A stretch of DNA of 64,000 nt. It comes from a virus (taxonomy: Duplodnaviria; Caudoviricetes). A model generated the notes under the pieces. It was not told the DNA's origin. It searched no databases and saw only the letters and a list, made by a program, of their open reading frames with translations. Shown one piece after another: positions 56,425-63,171 of this stretch; position 1 is the first letter of the stretch, and each line of letters begins with the position of its first letter. The position numbers and the translations under genes were made by a program. The stretch covers positions 64,001 through 128,000 of the IMG/VR virus record IMGVR_UViG_2862465376_000001; one strand, written 5' to 3'.

Positions 56425-56754
56425 TCAGGCAGAGTCGCCGATCCGCTCCACGTCGCCTGTCGCCGCCAGGCTCAGCTCCACGTCGTTGTCGAAGAGCACC
56501 CGGTACGGGAACGGGGACACGTACCGGCGCACGAGCGTGATGCGCCCCGGCGCCCCGGCGGGCACGTCGTAGGGGACCCGGCAGTCCTCACCCTCCTGTT
56601 CCAGGTCCTCGTCAATGTACGAGCCGCGTAGCCGCCGCACCGCCTGCACCCGGTCACCCTCCCTCAGCGTGAGCGAGCCGACGTGCACGCGCCGGGCCAC
56701 CTCCAGCTTCTCCTCGAAGGTCAGGGTGTCGAGCTTGGCGTCGAGGGTGCTCAT
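56425..56754 (-). CDS. small hypothetical protein
   Basis: ATGA coupling to the 57107 gene, GGAG RBS. Confidence 0.55.
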   Translation of the reverse strand: MSTLDAKLDTLTFEEKLEVARRVHVGSLTLREGDRVQAVRRLRGSYIDEDLEQEGEDCRVPYDVPAGAPGRITLVRRYVSPFPYRVLFDNDVELSLAATGDVERIGDSA

Positions 56755-57107
56755 CGCGGCAGTGCTCCATTCGGTCGGTCGGGGAAGTCGGCGATCGGGC
56801 TGCAGGGGATCGTCCAGGTGTCCGGCCCGGTCCGCGTCCACCCAGCCGTCGCCACGGCGCTGAGCTTGTCGACCGGGTCGTCGAAACGTTGGGGGTCACC
56901 GGCCGACCGATCCGGCATGAACCCCCGCTCGATCAGCCGGTACCCTAGCCCGCCGCCCGGAATGTAGTCCGGGCCGGTGCTGTCCTCAACGACCATCACG
57001 TACTCGTCGTCGATGCCGGTGCCCTCGACGGTCAGCCACCACCGGCCCTTCTTGTCGGCCCGCGCCGTGGCGGTGCGGACATCGGCGGCGGTCTCGGTCT
57101 CGCTCAT
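56751..57107 (-). CDS. small acidic hypothetical protein
   Basis: AGGAGG RBS; divergent from the CRISPR-like cluster. Confidence 0.6.
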   Translation of the reverse strand: MSETETAADVRTATARADKKGRWWLTVEGTGIDDEYVMVVEDSTGPDYIPGGGLGYRLIERGFMPDRSAGDPQRFDDPVDKLSAVATAGWTRTGPDTWTIPCSPIADFPDRPNGALPR

Positions 57108-57140
57108 CGGTTCCTCCTGGCGGGAAGTGAGCCCCCATCA

Positions 57141-57182
57141 TCTCGCGGAAGCTCCTCCGGCCGCGCGAGATTCTGCTAACTT
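57141..57182 (+). promoter_or_regulatory. extended -10 promoter and inverted repeat upstream of the CRISPR-like cluster
   Basis: TG-C-TAACTT (57174-57182) ending 7 nt before repeat 1; IR TCTCGCG/CGCGAGA at 57141-57170. Confidence 0.45.
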
Positions 57183-57189
57183 CGTAGAC

Positions 57190-57495
57190 GTGCTCCCCGC
57201 GACAGCGGGGATGGCCCCAGCCTCAGGGGCGTGCACAACTGCTCCCCGCACCTGCGGGGATGGCCCTCGTTAAGGGCAGAGGTGCATTGTTCCCCGCATC
57301 TGCGGGGGTGTACCGGTTGACGAGCACGGTGGTTGAGTGCCCGGAGACTCTTCCCCGCCGACGCGGGGGTGGCTCGGCTTGGTACTTCGAGTAGTCCCCG
57401 CACTGGCGGGGGTGGCTCCGCTCCGGCGGAGGTGGATCGCAACGGCGCAAGCCACGTGGTCAGCAAGATCGCTCCGCGCACGCGGAGGTGAAGGG
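57190..57495 (+). CRISPR. orphan, divergent type I-E-like repeat cluster (7 units)
   Basis: 29-nt units N5-CYCCGC-N4-GCGGRG-N8 at 57190, 57239, 57287, 57348, 57391, 57411 (overlapping) and 57467; spacers 20, 19, 32, 14, none and 27 nt; no cas genes in the window. Confidence 0.8.
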
Positions 57496-57522
57496 CCCCG
57501 ACCTCTTCCGGGGCCCTTCTTC
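57490..57522 (+). terminator. intrinsic terminator closing the repeat cluster
   Basis: GAAGGGCCCCG-ACCTCTTC-CGGGGCCCTTC-TTC. Confidence 0.7.
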
Positions 57523-57654
57523 ATGTCCGGCACAGGATCACCACGGCGGCGGCCAGGAGCAGGACGGTGCCCCAGAATCCTCCGATGAGGACCAGGGCGG
57601 CGCGGGCGTAGGGGTGCAGCGGTGTGTGGCGGGTCACGGCGCCCAGTGTGCCCG

Positions 57655-58497
57655 CTACGGCTTGGTTTCTTCCAGTTCGCCGAAGGGACTGGGGGAGAGG
57701 GCGACCATGTCGGGCTTGATCCGGGCGGGCAGCTCGGGCACGTCAGGGTCGGGGCAGGCGAGCGCGGCGGCCACGGCCTGGTGCAGCACGGTGCGCGGGG
57801 TGGCGTTGGAGTCGAGTCCGTGGCCCCGGTAGCTGACCAGCAGCGGTCCCCGGTCCTGGTAGGAGTGCGGCTCCTTGAAGGTGCGCACCGGCCTGCCGTC
57901 GTCGTCCACGTCCAGGTACTGCTTCACGGCCGCGCGGATCTCGTCGGGGAAGGCGAGGCGGCGGGTGCCGCCGCCCTTCTGCCAGACGTCGGCCGTCATG
58001 CGGTGCTGCTCGAAGACGAGGTCCTGGACGGTCAGTTCGGTGATCTGCCGTGAGCGCAGGCCGACCAGCAGCAGGTAGACGAGGAGCCGGTCGCGGGCGG
58101 GCAGCTGGTCGGCGCCGTAGCGGATGAGTGCCATCTGGCCGTCGGTGAGCTTCTCGGTCCTGGGGGCGTTCCAGGCGCCGGTGCCCATCTTGGGGTGCAC
58201 TGGCGTGGTCTGCACGCAGTTCTTCTCGCGGGCGTAGGCGTAGAAGGCGCCGACGGCCGACACTCGCAGCGCCCGGGTGCGTGCGCCGCCGCCCTTCATG
58301 TCGAGCCAGGTGACGAAGTGGGAGGGCTGGGCGCGCCAGGCGCCGATGTGGACGGTGTCCTCGATGAAGTCGAGCCATGCCTTGGCGTGCTCGGCGTACC
58401 GCTCGGGGCTGGTGCCCTGCAGGAGGCGTCCCTGTTTGCCCCGGCGGTCGGGGTTGTGTTCGTCGAGCCAGGTGGCCAGCACGGTGCGCGCGTCCAT
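57655..58497 (-). CDS. tyrosine recombinase-like protein, apparently lacking HxxR and the catalytic Tyr
   Basis: SAM-like N-terminus (RVSAVGAFYAYA), RDRLLVYLLLVGLRSRQI, KGG; ends RIKPDMVALSPSPF. Confidence 0.65.
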   Translation of the reverse strand: MDARTVLATWLDEHNPDRRGKQGRLLQGTSPERYAEHAKAWLDFIEDTVHIGAWRAQPSHFVTWLDMKGGGARTRALRVSAVGAFYAYAREKNCVQTTPVHPKMGTGAWNAPRTEKLTDGQMALIRYGADQLPARDRLLVYLLLVGLRSRQITELTVQDLVFEQHRMTADVWQKGGGTRRLAFPDEIRAAVKQYLDVDDDGRPVRTFKEPHSYQDRGPLLVSYRGHGLDSNATPRTVLHQAVAAALACPDPDVPELPARIKPDMVALSPSPFGELEETKP

Positions 58498-58539
58498 GGC
58501 GCACCATCCTGGCATGCGGCTACGACAGGGGGCGCAGCG

Positions 58540-59301
58540 TCAGGTGCTGCTGCTGCGGTCGTTGATGGCTGGGGGACGGAAGTTGTAGCGCTGCGGGTTG
58601 CGGAATTCGTCGTCGAGCCGTTCTACGAGCCATGCTCGGATGATCTGTGTGACCTTCGGGGCCCACGTCAGTTTGCCGTGGGCCAGCAGTTCGTGCCCTA
58701 GGTCCTCGGCCTGCTTCCGCAAGGCGGGGTCCACTCGGATGTTCAGGTTGACCGACTTCGCCCCGTCGCCTCGGGCTGCTCGTACGGGCTGCTTAGGGGT
58801 GAACCGTCCGGCGAGGAACTCCTGCAGCGCCTGGTGTGCCTCGCCGTCAAGGCTGGCTCCGGAGATTACTGCAGCGGCCTTGATGTCGTCCCTCAGTGTT
58901 TCCGGCAGTCTCAGGGGCAGGTTCGGCTTCTTCTGGATCACCCTCTTTTGGTTGAGGCGGCGGGCGAAGTCTTCCCCCTCTTCGGTGAGCATGGAGGCCA
59001 CTGCCTCGGCCATCTGTCGGAGCGAGGCGGGAGCCGGGAATGCAGGGGAGGGCAGGGCTGAGTCGATGGTCGTCATGTCTGCCAGCTTGTGCAGAGTGGC
59101 AGCGGCCTGCTGAATCTGTTCGGCACGTTGCTGGTCGTGGAGATCTTGCCTCTCGTCCTCAGCAAGGTGCCCCTCGCAGGACGGCTGCGTTCCAGCGGGG
59201 TAATAGCACGCGGGTTCCCGACAGAGGACTCCGTCGCTGTAGCGCAGGCACAGCAGCTCGCTGGTGACAGTGGAGTGCATGGACCGCACTCTACTCAGCA
59301 T
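58540..59301 (-). CDS. double ribbon-helix-helix DNA-binding protein (start uncertain)
   Basis: KPNLPLRLPETLRDDIKAAA and SVNLNIRVDPALRKQAE. Confidence 0.55.
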   Translation of the reverse strand: MLSRVRSMHSTVTSELLCLRYSDGVLCREPACYYPAGTQPSCEGHLAEDERQDLHDQQRAEQIQQAAATLHKLADMTTIDSALPSPAFPAPASLRQMAEAVASMLTEEGEDFARRLNQKRVIQKKPNLPLRLPETLRDDIKAAAVISGASLDGEAHQALQEFLAGRFTPKQPVRAARGDGAKSVNLNIRVDPALRKQAEDLGHELLAHGKLTWAPKVTQIIRAWLVERLDDEFRNPQRYNFRPPAINDRSSST

Positions 59302-59303
59302 CG

Positions 59304-59423
59304 ACTTTATACAAAAGCCGGACCCTCACCCCGATGCCGGGTCGGCTGAGGACAGTGCGGAACGTGCGGGGCGACGCCGCGCGTGTGCGGGTAAGAGGGT
59401 GGTGTCCGGCTTTTGTATAAAGT
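59304..59423. repeat. perfect 20-bp inverted repeat flanking 80 bp
   Basis: ACTTTATACAAAAGCCGGAC (59304-59323) / GTCCGGCTTTTGTATAAAGT (59404-59423). Confidence 0.85.
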
Positions 59424-59606
59424 GACCGTATCGAGGGGAAACGCGGGTGCCCCGGGGTGGATCAGGAGGAGAACTCCGGCTGGCGGGCCGGTACGGCGGA
59501 GACCCCGATCCTGCCACGGCCGCCACCACGAACGCCAACACCACGGCGCTGACGACCGGTAGGCTCCCCCGCATGAGGAGCACCGAGCCCGACCCGGGAG
59601 GGAGAC

Positions 59607-60248
59607 ATGAACAAAAAGGGCATGCGCAAACACCGCATCGGCATTGCCTACGTGAAGGAATTCCTTGACCAGCACGGCCACAGCCGCATTCCGCCAAGGA
59701 CCGTGGTGGACGGCCTGGACGTCAGCGCCTGGTGGTCCTCCGTCCGTACCCACCTGCGTGAGATGCCCGAGATCAAACGCGCCGACATCCTCGCCCTCGG
59801 CGCCCTCGGCGCCGACCTGCGCACCGAGAAGCAGATCAAGGCAGAGCGCCTGGCGGCCGAGGCCCAGTGCCGCGCACTGAAGGCCCTCAAGCACGCCGAG
59901 CACGAGGCGCAGCAATTCGAGCAGGCACGCCAGAAGGCCCTGCGTCCGCACCAGGCCGTCCTGGACGCCGTCGAGGCCTTCGCCGCCGACCGCCTGCACA
60001 CCCTCGTCCCCCTGGGCGCCACCACCCCCACCGGCATCGCCTACGGCCGCGTCCTCGACCGCTGGCGGGAGAACCCCCAGGGCCTCGGCAGCCACCTGAA
60101 GCAAGCTCTGGAAGACATCCCGTACTGGACCTGGACCCGCACCCCGCCCCCTGTCCGGCCAGCCCCGCGCCCCCGGCCCGCGCCCATCCCGGCCGACATC
60201 ACCCGCATGAACCGCACCGGCCTGCGCCAGTTCCTGCCCGCAGACTGA
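59607..60248 (+). CDS. helicase-associated (HA) domain protein
   Basis: FLDQHGHSRIP...LDVSAWW..VR and a second copy ending LEDIPYWTW. Confidence 0.55.
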   Translation: MNKKGMRKHRIGIAYVKEFLDQHGHSRIPPRTVVDGLDVSAWWSSVRTHLREMPEIKRADILALGALGADLRTEKQIKAERLAAEAQCRALKALKHAEHEAQQFEQARQKALRPHQAVLDAVEAFAADRLHTLVPLGATTPTGIAYGRVLDRWRENPQGLGSHLKQALEDIPYWTWTRTPPPVRPAPRPRPAPIPADITRMNRTGLRQFLPAD

Positions 60249-60407
60249 CACCCGCCACGCCAGCGACCCCGCCGGAAGCGCTGGGGGGGGCGTGCGCTGC
60301 GTCGGCGGGGCCTGGAGGGCGTGTACCCGGCGTGCACGGTCCTACACAGCAGGAAGCCCCGCCCGCGCGCCACGGGGGCGACGCACGGACGGGGCGGTCG
60401 GGCGGTG

Positions 60408-60599
60408 CTACTGGGCGGACCTGCAGGCCGAGCACGGCACGGTGATGGGCTGCCTCGTGGTGAGGTCGACCATCATCACGGAGCCGAGGCCGTGGAGGCA
60501 GGAGCGGCACGGCCGGGTGACGGGACGCTCCTGGCGCAGCTGGTCGTAGGTCTCGACCAGGTCGGCGTACCGGGGGTCGGTCCATGAGGCGAGGGCCAT
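60408..60599 (-). CDS. small Zn-ribbon protein
   Basis: AGGAGG RBS; CRSC..CSAC. Confidence 0.55.
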   Translation of the reverse strand: MALASWTDPRYADLVETYDQLRQERPVTRPCRSCLHGLGSVMMVDLTTRQPITVPCSACRSAQ

Positions 60600-60669
60600 C
60601 GGGTTCCTCCTGGGTGGATGGCACTCACTGTACCGTCGCCCGTACCGTGTGTGAGCGGGTTTGGCGGGA

Positions 60670-61185
60670 TCAGGCAGTGGCGGGGAGGGGCGGGCTGGGG
60701 GTGAAGCCCGGGTTGGTGCAGCTGTTGCACTCCACGTTGCACTCGGTGTGGCAGTCGCCGCCCAGGGGTGCATCGCCGACGCCGCCCCACAGGTCCAGGT
60801 TGGGCTCGTAGCCCATCTCCCTGATGACCCTGATGCTGTCGTCCTGGGTGACGGCCACCGGGCGGCGGGTCTCGGGGCCCTCGGGAACGTGGTGGACGAA
60901 GCGGCCGAGTCCCTGGCACAGCTTGACGTAGATCGTGGTGTGCAGGATGAGGGCGTGCCAGCCCATGTCCACGCGGCGGGAGGGGCGGACCGCCGGGTCG
61001 GCCGGGTGCTTTGCGGCGGCGGCGACGAACTTGAGGGCTTCGTCCACGATGCTCAGGGCGAGGGCCAGGTCGGTGATCTCCGGGTTGTCTCGGATGACGA
61101 GGGAGGCGACGCTGTTGGCCTCGTCGGGGGTGAGCAGGTCCAGGGCGGAGGACTTCGGCTCGGCCTCGGGCTGGGTGACGGTCAC
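60670..61185 (-). CDS. glycine-rich-domain (GRDP)-like protein
   Basis: PS..VD.GWH.LILHT..Y..LC...GRFVHH.P motif; Cys-rich tail. Confidence 0.6.
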   Translation of the reverse strand: MTVTQPEAEPKSSALDLLTPDEANSVASLVIRDNPEITDLALALSIVDEALKFVAAAAKHPADPAVRPSRRVDMGWHALILHTTIYVKLCQGLGRFVHHVPEGPETRRPVAVTQDDSIRVIREMGYEPNLDLWGGVGDAPLGGDCHTECNVECNSCTNPGFTPSPPLPATA

Positions 61186-61402
61186 GGATTCCCCTTCGGT
61201 CGTGGAGCATGGCGGCACGCGGTGATCGTGGGATCACTGCGTGTGCTCTGACGTGATGAAGGTATGACACATTCTCAGATCGAGAAAAGACCCCCGGGAT
61301 GGTTGGCATATGCCCGGCCGCCGGACGGCGCGTGTTTCGGCCAGGGTGCGGCCGCTGTCGGCGGGGGCGTCCGGGGCGCCAGGGGGTAGAGAGGAGTCCG
61401 CC

Positions 61403-61651
61403 ATGCCGCCACGTGCCAAGAAGTCCCCCGCCCGCACCCAGATCCGCCTCCCCGTCTTCCCGGAGCGGACCTGCCGCGACCAGGTCTCCGGGGAGTTCGC
61501 CATCCACTCCTGCGAGGTCGTCGAGGGGCACCGGGGCCCGCACGCCTCGCAGTCCGTGGCGACGTCGATGACGGCCCGCCTCGCGTGGGAGAACCGCAAC
61601 CCGGACCAGCTGGAGCCGGTGGCCGACGACCCGTTCGTGAGCGGCTGGTGA
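61403..61651 (+). CDS. hypothetical protein
   Basis: GAGGAG RBS; C..C..H.GPH. Confidence 0.5.
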   Translation: MPPRAKKSPARTQIRLPVFPERTCRDQVSGEFAIHSCEVVEGHRGPHASQSVATSMTARLAWENRNPDQLEPVADDPFVSGW

Positions 61652-61845
61652 CCGCCCCAGGGGCCTTCCCGGCGCCCCCGGCCCAGGACCCGGCCGCCGC
61701 CCTCCACGACGACACCGTGGCGGCCCTGCAGCGCCTGCACAACCACCTCGCCGTCCACCGGCCCCGGGCGCTGGCTTCCTTCAACGGCGCGGCCGTCGAC
61801 CTCGCCATCCACCTGATGCAGCAGATGACGCCCGAGCGCCCGTGA
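61648..61845 (+). CDS. small hypothetical protein
   Basis: GTGA coupling. Confidence 0.4.
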   Translation: MTAPGAFPAPPAQDPAAALHDDTVAALQRLHNHLAVHRPRALASFNGAAVDLAIHLMQQMTPERP

Positions 61846-61851
61846 ACGACA

Positions 61852-61886
61852 AGGCCCCCTCTCCAGGCACAAACGGAGAGGGGGCC
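61852..61886. terminator. bidirectional terminator
   Basis: AGGCCCC(C)TCTCC...GGAGAGGGGCCT between convergent genes. Confidence 0.55.
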
Positions 61887-61902
61887 TCGCTGGCGGGTAC
61901 GG

Positions 61903-62502
61903 TCAGTCGTCGAAGATCGCGCCGGTCTCCTCGGCCTTCATCTGCCGCAGCTCCTCGCGAATCGCCTTCAGCAGCGGGGGTACCACCGGCCGGACCGGAA
62001 CACCCGTCTCCCGGGCCTCCGCGCGGGCGGCCTCCACGGCCGCGTGCTCCTCGCGCATCAGCACCCGCATCATCGCCCGCATCGTCTTCTGGAAGATCCG
62101 CAGGTCCGGGTTGCGCACCCTGAACATCTGCCAGTGCGCGTCGAGCGCATAGTCGACCACGAGCGGCTTCTGCTTGTCCGCCGCGTACACGCCCTCCGGG
62201 AGCAGCAGGTCGCCCGGCGGCACCATGAAGTTCAACTCCTCGGCCTCCGGCTCCGGCTTGTGACGTCGTGCACGCGCGCTGCCGTGCTGCTCCCGCCGGT
62301 GCCGCTCCATGGCCTGCGGCTGGGGAGACGTAGTCACCACCCCCTCCCGGGCGCAGTCAGGACAGTGCAGTTCCTCCGGCTCGGGCTCCGGCACGGCCGC
62401 CAGGACGGGCTGTACGGGCTTCGGAGCGGCAGGGGCCTGCTCCTTCTGCTGGGCGGCCTTCTCGGCGGCGCGACGGGCCTTGCGGGCTGCACTGCTGGCC
62501 AT
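61903..62502 (-). CDS. hypothetical protein with C2H2-like motif
   Basis: GAGGAG RBS; CPDC...HRREQH. Confidence 0.55.
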   Translation of the reverse strand: MASSAARKARRAAEKAAQQKEQAPAAPKPVQPVLAAVPEPEPEELHCPDCAREGVVTTSPQPQAMERHRREQHGSARARRHKPEPEAEELNFMVPPGDLLLPEGVYAADKQKPLVVDYALDAHWQMFRVRNPDLRIFQKTMRAMMRVLMREEHAAVEAARAEARETGVPVRPVVPPLLKAIREELRQMKAEETGAIFDD

Positions 62503-62559
62503 GAGTGGCGGTCTCCTCGGCGTGTGGTGGGCAGATCACCATTCTAGCGGCTCAGACGT

Positions 62560-63162
62560 TCAATTCTTTTTCATTGCCGGTGTCCGGCCCTCGCGAGCCA
62601 TACCAAGCCGTGTGGCCATGTCCAGCAGCATGCTGGGAGGAAGATCGTCGTACTCGCCCATCCTCCTCACCCGCTGACCGATCCGGCTGGCCAGGCCATC
62701 GGCGAAGTCCAGTGACGCTGTCGTGCGTCGGTACATGAACACCGGCGGCTTCACCCGGTGAATCTCGCGCCCCAGGGACTCGACCACCTCGGCGAGGAAC
62801 GGCAACGCTCTCGTCCGCTGTGCCGTGCGACCGTACTGGTAGTCCCGCAGCAGCCCCTGGGTGCCCCTGCAGTCGCTGAGCACGACCGGAGACCGCTCCC
62901 CGGCGGAGCGCGCCATGATGTGGCAGGCGATGACGCCGAGCAGCTCCGCCTGCGCCGACGCCGGAGACGGCACGGGCACCCGTATGAGGTGTGCGGGGCC
63001 GTCCACCTCTCCCCAGCGGTTCGTCGGGACGATGGCCACCCTCGCCATGTCTTTCTCGGCATGCATGGAGGCGTCGCACGCCCACAGCGTGCTGCCCTCT
63101 GGCACCGTACCGACGTCCACCGAGAGGTAGCGGCTGCCAGGCTTCCTTCCTCGTCGAGACAT
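62560..63162 (-). CDS. RNase H-like protein
   Basis: ACDAS, AQAELLGV, LSDC and FADGLA give the D-E-D-D pattern of RNase HI. Confidence 0.65.
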   Translation of the reverse strand: MSRRGRKPGSRYLSVDVGTVPEGSTLWACDASMHAEKDMARVAIVPTNRWGEVDGPAHLIRVPVPSPASAQAELLGVIACHIMARSAGERSPVVLSDCRGTQGLLRDYQYGRTAQRTRALPFLAEVVESLGREIHRVKPPVFMYRRTTASLDFADGLASRIGQRVRRMGEYDDLPPSMLLDMATRLGMAREGRTPAMKKN

Positions 63163-63171
63163 GGCTTCCTC

